A DNA stretch of 64,000 nt from an uncultured Verrucomicrobiae bacterium (lineage in GTDB: Bacteria; Verrucomicrobiota; Verrucomicrobiia; Chthoniobacterales; JAATET01): assembly GCA_963719495.1 (NCBI GenBank), contig CAVRCI010000014.1, positions 128,001 through 192,000 on the forward strand. Reading direction: 5' to 3'. The notes beneath the pieces were generated by a model. That model had not been told where the DNA came from. It saw only the letters and a list, made by a program, of their open reading frames with translations, and did not search any database. Each line of letters starts with the position of its first letter. The first letter of the stretch is position 1. A program made the translations under genes and the position numbers. Positions 21,858 through 31,593 of the stretch are shown in pieces.

Positions 21858-23810
21858 CTACGCTTCGGCTTCCTCCGAGGCGCTTCCCGCGCTGCTTCCA
21901 AGCCCCCCCAGTCCGGTTTTGAACTGTCTCCCAATCCGGTTTTGCTCCGTCTCTGTCCGGTTTTGCTCCGGCCCCGACAGCACGGAATTCGGGCCTGAAC
22001 GCGGGCGGTTTTCGAGACCCGACCGGAGGGTGTCCAGGAGGTCGGCGAGGTGGATGGGCTTGGTGAGGAAGCCGTCCATGCCGGCGCTGGCGCAGCGGTG
22101 GCGGTTCTCGGCCATGGCGTCGGCGGAGATGCCGACGATGTGGGTGTGGGTAGTACCGTTCTCGGCGGCGCGGATCCGGCGGGTCGCTTCGCACCCGTCG
22201 ACCTGGGGCATGAAGACGTCCATGAGAATGACGTCGAAAGGTTGGTCGGCGGCCAGGACGATGGCTTCGGAGCCGTCTTTCGCAAATTCCGGCGTGTAGC
22301 CGATTTTGCCCAGAAAGGAGGCGAGCAGCTTGCGGTTGATGGCGACGTCGTCGACGACGAGGATCCGGGCGGGGTGGGTGGCGGCAAGGTGGGGGAATTC
22401 GATGCCGCGGGTGGGCGGGGACGACGGGTCGGGGTGTTGGGCGGGATGGGCCTGGACCGAGAATTGAAAGGTGGAGCCCTCGCCGAGCTGGCTTGCGACG
22501 TCGATCCGGCCGCCCATGAGGTGGCAAAGGTCGCGGCAGATGGCGAGGCCGAGCCCGGTGCCGCCGAAGCGGCGTTGGATGGAGTGGTGGGCTTGGCCGA
22601 AGGGGTTGAAGATGCGTTCGAGGGCTTCCGGTGGAATGCCGTCGCCGGTGTCGCGGACGACGCAGTCGAGGGTGACGGCGGTGGCGGAGGTCTCGCTGGA
22701 TCGAATGCCGATGCGGATCACGCCGTGGTCGGTGAATTTGACCGCATTGCCGACGATGTTCATGAGCATCTGGCGGTAGCGGCCGAAGTCGAGCTCGAGG
22801 ACCTCGGGGACTCCCGGGTCGACGTCGAAGTGGAGCGCGACGTTTTTCTGTTCGGCGAGTTTCGCGAGGGTGGCGATGTCGGGCGCGAGGCATTCGCGGA
22901 AGGCGCCGGTGGTGGGCTGGAGTTCGATGGCTCCGGACTCGATGCGGGCGAGGTCGAGCAGATCGTTGATGAGGCGCAGGAGGGTGCGACCGCTGGAGGC
23001 GATGGTGTCGAGGCTGTCGCGGTGTCCGTCGGAGAGATCGTCGGCGAGGAGGAGGTCGACGAACCCGAGAATGCCGTTGAGGGGGGTGCGCATCTCGTGG
23101 CTCATGGTGGCGAGGAAGGTCGATTTGGCTTCGTTGGCGGCGGCGGCTCGTTCGTGCTCGAGTTGGGCGTCCTCGATGAGGGAGAGGGCGACGCGGCGAC
23201 CGCGTTTGAGCTCGGCGGCCTGCTCGGCGAGTTGGGCGTTGGCTTCGATGAGTTCGCGACGGGTGAGGTCGTTCTCGATGGCGCTGCCGAGGCTGGCGGC
23301 GAAGGCTTCGAGGAGATGGATCTCTTCGACCGCCCAGAGTCGATCCGAGCGACAGTTGTCGAAGCCGACGAAGCCCCAGAATCGGCTGCGGGCGAAAATT
23401 GGGACGACCGCGATGGCGAGGATGTCCTGCGGCTCGAGGAGGATCCGCTCCGAGGCCGGCCGGTCGGCGATCCGGGCCGTGATGGACTCGCGGCGGCGCA
23501 GGGTGTCGCGCCAAGCCGTGAACCCGGGTTCGAAGGGAAGGTTCTGGAGTTCGGCGTTGTCAATTTGCGGGGAGCTCCCCGCGGACGTCCATTCGAAGAG
23601 TTGGCGCATGGCGGCGGGCTCGCCGGAGGTGTCGGGCAGAACGTCGAAGACGTAGACCCGGTCGGCCGAGCTGGCGTCGCCGATGATCTCGAGGGCCGCC
23701 CGGATGCCATCGTCGAACTGGTGCCCGTCGAGGAGCGCCTGCAAGGCCCGGGCGAGGCCGTCGAGGAGCCGGACCTCGCGCTGCGCTTCGCTATTGGACG
23801 GGGTCGACAC
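21858..23810 (-). CDS. Hybrid sensor histidine kinase (GAF/HisKA/HATPase/REC)
   Basis: GAF (ADRVYVF...WGFVGFD), SHEMRTPLNG, GTGLGLAI, receiver MDVFMP; GTG 23810 preferred over the track start 24332. Confidence 0.88.
   Translation of the reverse strand: MSTPSNSEAQREVRLLDGLARALQALLDGHQFDDGIRAALEIIGDASSADRVYVFDVLPDTSGEPAAMRQLFEWTSAGSSPQIDNAELQNLPFEPGFTAWRDTLRRRESITARIADRPASERILLEPQDILAIAVVPIFARSRFWGFVGFDNCRSDRLWAVEEIHLLEAFAASLGSAIENDLTRRELIEANAQLAEQAAELKRGRRVALSLIEDAQLEHERAAAANEAKSTFLATMSHEMRTPLNGILGFVDLLLADDLSDGHRDSLDTIASSGRTLLRLINDLLDLARIESGAIELQPTTGAFRECLAPDIATLAKLAEQKNVALHFDVDPGVPEVLELDFGRYRQMLMNIVGNAVKFTDHGVIRIGIRSSETSATAVTLDCVVRDTGDGIPPEALERIFNPFGQAHHSIQRRFGGTGLGLAICRDLCHLMGGRIDVASQLGEGSTFQFSVQAHPAQHPDPSSPPTRGIEFPHLAATHPARILVVDDVAINRKLLASFLGKIGYTPEFAKDGSEAIVLAADQPFDVILMDVFMPQVDGCEATRRIRAAENGTTHTHIVGISADAMAENRHRCASAGMDGFLTKPIHLADLLDTLRSGLENRPRSGPNSVLSGPEQNRTETEQNRIGRQFKTGLGGLGSSAGSASEEAEA
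21905..21979 (-). mobile_element. IS terminal-repeat remnant (TGT end with three CAAAACCGGA boxes; IS21/IS481-like)
   Basis: Minus strand TGTCGGGGCCGGAGCAAAACCGGACA...CAAAACCGGAT...CAAAACCGGAC. Confidence 0.55.
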
Positions 23811-25404
23811 GGTAGACGAGGGGTTGATCGTGACGGGCGCAGAGGGCGTTGATCTCGGCCTTGAGCTCGATGATGCGTTCCTCGCGACCGAGCATTGCCC
23901 GGTTGAAGCGCTCGATCTCCGAGAGGCTGTCGCGGAGTTCGGATTCGGCGCGGCGCCGATCCGTGGTGGCGTGGAGGGTGACGACGAGGCCGTCCTCCCA
24001 AGGGGCGGCGGAGATTTGAAACCAATGCCCGTCGCGAGCGTCGCATCCGGCGATCTCTTCGGTGACCGACTCGCCGGATCGCGTGGCGGCCAGGAGGCGG
24101 TCGCGGAGCGATGAGGCGAGGATCTCCGGAAAACACGCTGCGAGTGGCTGGCCGATGAGGCTGTCGGCCGGACGGTCGAGGATGCGCTGCGCGGCGGTAT
24201 TCGTGCGGACGATGACGAAGGTGGGCGGGTCCTGCCCGGCCGCGGGGGCGGCGCGGAGGGCGATGACGCCTTCGACGCTCGACTGGAGGATGCCCGCGAC
24301 GAGGGTGCGCTCGCGCTGCAGCGCGTGGCCATTGGATTGGATCGCGTCGAGCATGCGATTCGCGGCGGAGGCGAGGGTGGCGAATTCGTCGTCGCCGGAG
24401 ATGGCCAGTTGATCGGCGGTGTCGCCGGACTCGGCGACGCGGGTCATTTCGCTGGTGAGGACGGTGATGGGGCGGAGGACCAGCCACTCCATGAGGAGCA
24501 GAAGGCTGAGAATGAGGATGCCACCGCCGAGGATGGGGTAGACCAGGCTTTGCCGCCAACCTTCGATGGCGATGTCGAGGAGGTTGCTCGGGAGGGTGGC
24601 GACGAGACCGACGGGGGCGCCTTCGCTCGCGGGAAGTCGGATGGTGGCCGGGGGCATGGCGTCGGTTTGCCAGATGGATTCGATGGGAGGGAAGGATGCG
24701 GTGGCGGAAGGGATGGTTTCGGCCGGGAGCTCGATGGCGATCTCGTCGAAGGGGGCGGTGCCGACCGGATCTTCGACGGTGAGAGTGAGCACGCCGCTGA
24801 TGCGTTTGGCTTGGTCGAGGATGGTGCCGTCGAGCGTCCGAACGTAGGTCAGGACCCCGAGGGGATCGCCCGAGCCGTCGGTGGGATGAACTCCGGAGCT
24901 GGCGAAGAGCACGGGGCCGGCGGCGGTGTGCAGTAATCCGCGGGCTTGGTCCGTCGCTGGATCGATCCGCGAGCTGAGGATCAGGGCGGAGGCGTCGATC
25001 CCGGCGGGGGTGCCGGGGCGCAGACCGTCCTCGGCGATGTGGGCCGCTCCGACGAGTTGCCCGGCGAGGTCCCAGACGAGGATGACGTCGAAATCGTTGA
25101 TGACGCTGGTGATCTCGTAAAAATTGGCTTCGAGGTAATCCGGTCGATCACCGGCGAGGAATTCGACCGTCTCGTCCCAGAGGGCGTTTTCGGTGACGTC
25201 GGCCTGGAGTTTTTCCGCGGTTTGATCGATCTGAATGACCACGCGCTCGAGTTGTTGGCGGATGGTCGCGGTCTGGAGCTTGCAGACGCTTTCGTTGAGC
25301 CGCATCGACAGGGGGATGAGCATCCCGAGGAGCAGCGCCGCCAAAATGGCCCCGTTGATCAGGACGGCTTTGGACTTGAGCGAAAGCTTCAACTGGCGGG
25401 TCAT
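23791..25404 (-). CDS. CHASE4/HAMP/PAS membrane sensor without kinase core
   Basis: ALWDET CHASE4 motif, TM, HAMP (GDDEFATLA), PAS, C-terminal coiled coil. Confidence 0.75.
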   Translation of the reverse strand: MTRQLKLSLKSKAVLINGAILAALLLGMLIPLSMRLNESVCKLQTATIRQQLERVVIQIDQTAEKLQADVTENALWDETVEFLAGDRPDYLEANFYEITSVINDFDVILVWDLAGQLVGAAHIAEDGLRPGTPAGIDASALILSSRIDPATDQARGLLHTAAGPVLFASSGVHPTDGSGDPLGVLTYVRTLDGTILDQAKRISGVLTLTVEDPVGTAPFDEIAIELPAETIPSATASFPPIESIWQTDAMPPATIRLPASEGAPVGLVATLPSNLLDIAIEGWRQSLVYPILGGGILILSLLLLMEWLVLRPITVLTSEMTRVAESGDTADQLAISGDDEFATLASAANRMLDAIQSNGHALQRERTLVAGILQSSVEGVIALRAAPAAGQDPPTFVIVRTNTAAQRILDRPADSLIGQPLAACFPEILASSLRDRLLAATRSGESVTEEIAGCDARDGHWFQISAAPWEDGLVVTLHATTDRRRAESELRDSLSEIERFNRAMLGREERIIELKAEINALCARHDQPLVYRVDPVQ

Positions 25405-25513
25405 GAAGACCCTAACTTATGGTGCTGGTGCGTCTTAGAGCAATTTCTATTCCTTCGTTTGGTGAAACTTAAGTTTCATTGGTGTGCCGCTCGATGAAAC
25501 GTTTGGGACAAAA

Positions 25514-26416
25514 TCAATCCGGCGCGAGGAGGGAGAGGATCGCCTTTTGAGTGTGGAGGCGATTTTCGGCTTGTTGGAAGATCGTGTCTGCGTGGGTTTC
25601 AAGGACTTCATCGGTGATTTCCTTGCCGCGGTAGGCGGGGAGGCAATGGAGGACGAGGGGATGGCCGGACGATTTCAGAAGTTCGGTGTCGATCTGGTAG
25701 CCGGAGAGTTGGGCGATGCGGAAGGCGGATTCTTCCTCCTTGCCCATGCTGACCCAAACGTCGGTGTAGAGGGCGTCGACGCCGTCGGCGGCGGCGCGGA
25801 GGTCGGTGGTGACGTGGATGTTGGAGGCGGAGTTCGCGGCGGCGAGGAGGGTCGGGTCGGGCTGGTATTTCGACGGGGCGGCGATGCGGAGTTCGAACCC
25901 GAGCTTCGAGGCGGCCCAGATCCAGGAGACCGGGACGTTGCAGGCGCCGTCGCCGACGAAGCAGATCTTCATCTTTTCGATGTCCTGGCCGAGCTCGCGC
26001 AGGGTGAAGAGGTCGGCGAGGATCTGGCAGGGGTGTTCCTCGTCGGTGAGGGCGTTGATGGTGGGGATGCCGCTGTATTCGGCGAATTCCTCGACGTCGG
26101 TCTGCGCGAAGGTGCGGATGACGGCTCCGTGGAGCATGCGGCCCATGACGCGGGCGGTGTCCTTGATGGGTTCGCCGCGGCCGAGTTGGATCTCGCGGGA
26201 GGACATGAAGACGGGGTCGCCGCCGAGTTCACGGATGCCGACCTCGAAGCTGACGCGGGTGCGGGTGGAGCTTTTGGAAAAAAGGATGGCCCAGCACTGG
26301 TGGCGCAGCGGGTGCTCGGCGTGGTGGCCGCGGGAGCGCTTCATGGTGGCCGAGAGATCGACGATCTCGAGGATTTCGTCGCGGGAGAGCGCGGCGATGG
26401 AGAGGAGGTTTTTCAT
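25514..26416 (-). CDS. argF: Ornithine carbamoyltransferase
   Basis: SSTRT, HPCQ, DVWVSMG, HCLP; start reset to ATG 26416. Confidence 0.95.
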   Translation of the reverse strand: MKNLLSIAALSRDEILEIVDLSATMKRSRGHHAEHPLRHQCWAILFSKSSTRTRVSFEVGIRELGGDPVFMSSREIQLGRGEPIKDTARVMGRMLHGAVIRTFAQTDVEEFAEYSGIPTINALTDEEHPCQILADLFTLRELGQDIEKMKICFVGDGACNVPVSWIWAASKLGFELRIAAPSKYQPDPTLLAAANSASNIHVTTDLRAAADGVDALYTDVWVSMGKEEESAFRIAQLSGYQIDTELLKSSGHPLVLHCLPAYRGKEITDEVLETHADTIFQQAENRLHTQKAILSLLAPD

Positions 26417-26430
26417 GCGATGCGAAATGC

Positions 26431-26823
26431 TTTGAACAAATGGTAACGAAGGGAACGAAGGATACAGAAGGGGATTCGATACAAATGCGTTTTGAACAGA
26501 ACACCAGAAGCTGGGAGCACCGGCGGCTGGGAAGCCGCGGGGCAGACTACTTTGGCTCTGCAATGTAGCCCGAAGGGCGAGACGAGCGGGAGCGAGCGAG
26601 TCAACACTCGGGGTCGACTACTTTGGCTCTGCAATGTAGCCTGAAGGGCGAGACACTGGAGCCGACTGGAGCCGACTGGAGTCGAGCGACAGAGCCTGCC
26701 GATTGGCAGCCCAAAGGGCGGCGCTGCGGGAACAGCGACGGCAACCGGGAGCGAGCGAGTCAACTTACACCGTCCGGAATGCAAATACGGTTTTTGAACA
26801 GAAGACCGCGAAGAGCGCGAAGG
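26431..26823. repeat. Cluster of REP/MITE-like repeats (TTTGAACA 9-bp-period arms plus GCAGACT...CCCGAAGGGCGAGACG...GAGTCAA units)
   Basis: Units match those at 33341-33682, 35200-35300 and 36038-36135. Confidence 0.65.
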
Positions 26824-26839
26824 GGTGAAAGAAGCTGAA

Positions 26840-29599
26840 TTACATCCAGCGGCGGAGCGTTTCGGCGAAGCGGTTGTAGAAGAAGCCGATGAGGAGGAGG
26901 ACCGTGCCGAGGACGACGAAGCTGAGGATCCGGGTGAGGGTGTCGAATTGCCAGACGTCGAAGAGCACGAGTCGACCGATCGCGGCGAGGAGGATGCCGA
27001 GTCCGGCGTGGCGGTAGGTGCGCTCGCGGAGCGCGAAGCCGAGAGCGAGGATGGCGGTCGCGAGGAGGGACCACGACGCGGTGATGAGGATGCCGTCGGC
27101 AAAGGTGGCGACGAGCCGGCCGACGGTCAGCCAAAGGCCCGCGATCGCGACGAGGCTGAGCGCCGCTTGGATGGGCGATGTGAAATCGGGAAGCGGTTGG
27201 CGTTTTCCGATTTGCTGAGCGGCGAGGAGGAGTGGGAATCCGAACGCGTCGGGAAGGAACGCGGGGTGGCCGGTGAGAAGCCGTGCTCCGAAGACCGCCA
27301 AGCCGACGGCGGCGAGGGCGGCGGCTTGATGAATGATCTCACGACCCGGGACGCGGGTGGCGGCGGTCAGGAAGGCCAGGCCGCTGGCGGTGAAGATCAG
27401 GAAATGCCATTGGCCGGGGGTGAAGACGAGGACGATGCCGCTCGCCAGAACGAAGGTGATCGCCCGCAGGAATCGACGGGCGTGGAGGAGCGGGGTCGCG
27501 CTTCGAGCGGGGGCTCGGGCGGCGAGGGCTGCGATCACGAGCGACTGCGAGAAAATGAGGGCGGTCGCGAGGGTGGTCTCCAGCCACGAGTCGCGGAAAA
27601 CGATCGCGTGGGCCGTCAGCGCGGTCGCGGCCAGGGTGAAAAGGGCGCTGCCAGCGGCGATGGTCCAGGCGCGGGTCGCGAATCCGTAGACCAGGAGGAT
27701 CAGGGCCAGAACCGCGAAAAGGATTGGGAAGGGGCTCTCCGGTGAAAGGTTGATCATCCACTTCGCGAGGGCCGCGAGTGGGAGGATGGTGTGCAGGGCC
27801 TGACCAGTGAGCGAGGTCTCCGCCGAGGCCGGGAGGGCGCGCTGGCGCTGCCACCAATGGACCAGGGCGAGTCCCGAAATGAGAACAAAGGACAGAGGAA
27901 GGAGGTCGGTCGGAGCTGCCTGGAACCACAGCGCACCGCCGAGGATCACGAAGGTCTGCCCGATGAGGGCGAGTTCCGGGAGGCGGGTCAGGCGGACCGC
28001 GAACGGTGCCGCGAGACCGAAAGCGAGGAACCAAGCGAGACGGGCGTCGCCGGTCGTGGTCTGGAAAATGACGGCCCCGGTGAGGAACGTCGCGAGCGAG
28101 ACGAACGCGGCGGCTCGGTATTGCAACGAAAGCGGTGCGAGCACATTGCGCTGGAGTTTGAAGAGGAACGCGCAGCTGCCGAGGATCGTGGCGACGGCGA
28201 TTGCCACGAGGGCGGCGTGGTGAACTCCGGCGACGAGCGATTCCGTTGCAAGACCGGTCGCGAGCACGGCGGCCAGGGCGGAGAAGATTTGGTAGATGCG
28301 ACCGTGTCGACCGAGGCTCAGTTTGAGCAGGAGCGCGCTCTGGAAGGCGAAGATGAGGGCGCGCTGGTAACCGGTGAATTCGAGGAGGACCCCGGCGAAG
28401 ACGAGGCCGAGGCCCTGCGTGAGGTAAGTGCCGCTGGTGCTCGCGTTGAGCCGGGACAGTCCGATGAGTGCCGCACCGAAGACCAGGGTCGACCAGCCGA
28501 GGGCGTCGGGGTGCGTCCCGGCGATGACGGGCGCGATGAGGCCGTAGAAAGCGGCGTTGTTGAACGTGAGAAAGGTGGTGAGCTGGTCCTTCGGGAAGAC
28601 GCGGTCGCGACCGAGAATGACGGCGGTCGTGAAGACGACCCAGTAGCAGGCGGGGAACGCGATGGCCGTCCAGAATAGCGTTTCGGAAGGGGCGTCGAAG
28701 TCCGAGATGGTTCCGGTATTGACGAGCCGCCAGAACGCGAAAGCGCCGTAGGTCCCGACGAGGCTGAGGAAGGTGACGGTCGTCCAGCGGTGACGCAGGA
28801 GGAGGACGACGCCGACCTTGGCGAGGACGAGGTTGCTGAAGAGCGAGAATTCCGTGAGGGGATTGATCGCGGCGGTGTAGAACGCGAGCGCGATCGTGAC
28901 GGCGGCGATGGTCTGGGACCGGAGTCGGTCGGCGAGCCAGAGGATGGCTCCGCCGCAGGCGAGCAGCAGAGTGCCGCCGAGGAGGGAATTGGTGATGACG
29001 CGGAGTGGCTCGACGAAGTGGGCGGCGTAGGCGGCGTAGTAGGCGGTGGCGAGGGCTCCGCCGGTGAGGACGCGGCCGTAATTCGCGAGGCTGGCCCGGC
29101 GACGGACGAAATGCCCGATGCCGGCAAGGGCCCCCGCGGCGAGGACGAGGAGAGCGAGCTTCCCGGCGGGGCCGAGGCGCGGGATGAATTCGTGGTAGGC
29201 GAAGTTGCCGAGGAAGACGAGGCCGGTGAGCAGGACGACGATGCCGATGCGGACGAGCCAGACGCGACCGATCTGGAGCTCGACGTCGGAATTGGACCCG
29301 GCGGGCGTGCTCGAGGATTTGGGCGGCGCGGGCGGCGGAGTGGGTTTTGGCTCTTCGACCGCGGGTGGGAGCGGCGGGACTTCGACTTTCGGGCGCAGCG
29401 GCGCGGGGGCGGCGTTTTCGGGTGGGAGGAAGTGCTCTCGCTTCGCTCGAGTCAGGTCGATGCGATCGGCTGGAAGCCGATCGCGACACGCGGGACGCGT
29501 GTGCTCCCCAGCTTGGCGCTCGAGGGTGGTGATGCGATTTTCGAGCCGGTCGTGGATCGCTCGGATGGACCGGACTTCGGCGGTGAATGCTTCGTTCAT
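26840..29599 (-). CDS. DUF2339-like multi-pass membrane protein
   Basis: Pro-rich linker then ELQIGRVWLVRIG; over 20 TM segments; C-terminal RILSF..LG.VLL..GF.Y. Confidence 0.8.
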   Translation of the reverse strand: MNEAFTAEVRSIRAIHDRLENRITTLERQAGEHTRPACRDRLPADRIDLTRAKREHFLPPENAAPAPLRPKVEVPPLPPAVEEPKPTPPPAPPKSSSTPAGSNSDVELQIGRVWLVRIGIVVLLTGLVFLGNFAYHEFIPRLGPAGKLALLVLAAGALAGIGHFVRRRASLANYGRVLTGGALATAYYAAYAAHFVEPLRVITNSLLGGTLLLACGGAILWLADRLRSQTIAAVTIALAFYTAAINPLTEFSLFSNLVLAKVGVVLLLRHRWTTVTFLSLVGTYGAFAFWRLVNTGTISDFDAPSETLFWTAIAFPACYWVVFTTAVILGRDRVFPKDQLTTFLTFNNAAFYGLIAPVIAGTHPDALGWSTLVFGAALIGLSRLNASTSGTYLTQGLGLVFAGVLLEFTGYQRALIFAFQSALLLKLSLGRHGRIYQIFSALAAVLATGLATESLVAGVHHAALVAIAVATILGSCAFLFKLQRNVLAPLSLQYRAAAFVSLATFLTGAVIFQTTTGDARLAWFLAFGLAAPFAVRLTRLPELALIGQTFVILGGALWFQAAPTDLLPLSFVLISGLALVHWWQRQRALPASAETSLTGQALHTILPLAALAKWMINLSPESPFPILFAVLALILLVYGFATRAWTIAAGSALFTLAATALTAHAIVFRDSWLETTLATALIFSQSLVIAALAARAPARSATPLLHARRFLRAITFVLASGIVLVFTPGQWHFLIFTASGLAFLTAATRVPGREIIHQAAALAAVGLAVFGARLLTGHPAFLPDAFGFPLLLAAQQIGKRQPLPDFTSPIQAALSLVAIAGLWLTVGRLVATFADGILITASWSLLATAILALGFALRERTYRHAGLGILLAAIGRLVLFDVWQFDTLTRILSFVVLGTVLLLIGFFYNRFAETLRRWM

Positions 29600-29650
29600 G
29601 CCGCTGGTTTTATCCGAAATCTTCGGATTCCCGAAATCGATAAAGATTTC

Positions 29651-31516
29651 CTATCTATTGACTGAATCGATATCGAGGCGGGCGAGGGGCTCGAGTGCCC
29701 GATGGAGCTCGGCGAGTTTGAAGGGTTTGGGAAGAAAGTGATTCATGCCGACTTCGAAGCAGCGGTCGCGCTCCTCCTGGAAGACGGCGGCGGAGAGCGC
29801 GATGATGGGGATCGACGACGGGACGTCGAGATGGTTGGGCTCGGCCCGGATGCGGCGGGTCGTTTCCCATCCGTCGAGTTGCGGCATGTGGCAGTCCATG
29901 AGAATGACGTCGGGGGCCGATTTGCCTCGGAGGATGGTGAGAGCCTCCTCGCCGTGGGCGGCGAGGGTGCATCGGCAACCGATCTTGCCGAGCTGGGCGG
30001 CGAGGATGCGTCGATTCACCGCGTTATCCTCGACGACGAGGACGTGCAGATCGAGCGGGGTGAGCGGGGTGCTGGTGGCGGGAGCGTCGGGTCCGGGGGC
30101 GGCGGGTTCGAGCGGGACGATGAACGAAAACGTGGACCCGCGACCCGGCGAGCTCTCGGCGGCGAGTTGCCCGCCCATCATGACGACCAATCGGGAGCTG
30201 ATGGCCAGGCCGAGGCCGGTGCCGCCGAAGCGGCGAGTGGTGGAGGAATCGGCCTGGGTGAATCGGTCGAAGACGCGGGCGAGGGTCGGGGTGTCCATGC
30301 CGATCCCGTTGTCGCGCACCGCGAAGCGCAGCGGCGCCGGATTGGATCCGGGGTGCGCGCAGGTCACGGTGACTTCGATGCGCCCGTCGGCGGGCGTGAA
30401 CTTGCGGGCGTTGGAAACGAGATTGATCAGGATCTGGCGAAGGCGAAGGCCGTCGCCGCAAAAGTGGCCGCCGACGGGGGTGGCGACTTCGAAGCCGACC
30501 GGGGCGCGGTCGGATCCCGCCTGGCCGACAGCGAGCGCGACGCTGTCGGCAACCAAGCGACGGAGATCGAATGGCCGGCACTCGAGTTCGAGCTGTCCGG
30601 CTTCGACCTTGGAGAAATCGAGGATGTCTCCGATGAGGCGCGCGAGCAATTCCCCGGAATCGACGATCAACCTGGCGTGCTCGACGACGGGAGGCGGGAG
30701 TTCGTTGTGACCGAGGAGCAGGTCGGCCGAGGCGACGATTCCGTTGAGCGGGGTGCGGATTTCGTGGCTGACGTTGGCGAGGAAGTCGCTCTTGGCTCGG
30801 GAGGCCTCGTTGGCGCGCCGGGTGGCGTTTTCGAAATCGAGGGTGCGTTCGCGGACGAGGCGCTCGAGGGTTTCGTTCGATGCGCGGGTGGCGGCCAGGG
30901 ATTCTTTGCTGCTTCTCTGGGTGGAATCGAGGATTCGAACGAGCGCAAATCCAACGGCGAAAAAGAATCCCGTCGCAAGCAATCCGTCCCGCAGGATCGT
31001 GAGAGCGGCGGGATGGATCGTGGCGGACAGCGAGGCGTGCTGAAACGCGGTGACGTGGAAGCCGATCTGGCTCGTGGCAACGAGGACAAAGACGACGGTT
31101 GCCACGACCGGCGCGGCGAAGACCAGGGCGATGAACAGAACGACGAGCCCAAACATGAGAATCTGGAAGGCTCCGCTGAGCGGAGTGGGGTAGTCGGATG
31201 CCAGGAAGATGATCGCGAAAACGCCGCCCGTCGCCAGAAGAACGAAATGGTTCGCCGCGGATCGAGCGTGTCCGCGAAAGACCAGCCGGAGGGAGTGGGC
31301 GGCCGCCAGAAACAGGACCGCGTTGATGGCCAGGCGGTAGGGGACGGCGGATGGCTGGATCAGCAGGATCTTTCCGACGTTGAATGGGACGAAGGCGAGG
31401 ACGAGGACGTTGACGGCGGCGAGCAGGCGGGCTTTCAGACCCGCGAAGGAGGACTGCCCGCGGTAGGCGGAGTCGAGGCGATCGAAGATTCCTTTCAGGT
31501 TGGCGGGCGTTCTCAA
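29651..31516 (-). CDS. Membrane hybrid sensor histidine kinase
   Basis: TM region, SHEIRTPLNG, GTGLGLAIS, MDCHMP receiver; start uncertain (TTG 31516 chosen). Confidence 0.85.
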   Translation of the reverse strand: MRTPANLKGIFDRLDSAYRGQSSFAGLKARLLAAVNVLVLAFVPFNVGKILLIQPSAVPYRLAINAVLFLAAAHSLRLVFRGHARSAANHFVLLATGGVFAIIFLASDYPTPLSGAFQILMFGLVVLFIALVFAAPVVATVVFVLVATSQIGFHVTAFQHASLSATIHPAALTILRDGLLATGFFFAVGFALVRILDSTQRSSKESLAATRASNETLERLVRERTLDFENATRRANEASRAKSDFLANVSHEIRTPLNGIVASADLLLGHNELPPPVVEHARLIVDSGELLARLIGDILDFSKVEAGQLELECRPFDLRRLVADSVALAVGQAGSDRAPVGFEVATPVGGHFCGDGLRLRQILINLVSNARKFTPADGRIEVTVTCAHPGSNPAPLRFAVRDNGIGMDTPTLARVFDRFTQADSSTTRRFGGTGLGLAISSRLVVMMGGQLAAESSPGRGSTFSFIVPLEPAAPGPDAPATSTPLTPLDLHVLVVEDNAVNRRILAAQLGKIGCRCTLAAHGEEALTILRGKSAPDVILMDCHMPQLDGWETTRRIRAEPNHLDVPSSIPIIALSAAVFQEERDRCFEVGMNHFLPKPFKLAELHRALEPLARLDIDSVNR

Positions 31517-31593
31517 GGAAACGAAAGTATCGTGAGGTGCCTGCCCGGGGCGACGCGCAAATTCACCGTGGGCACCGCCGGTGACCGGAGCGG

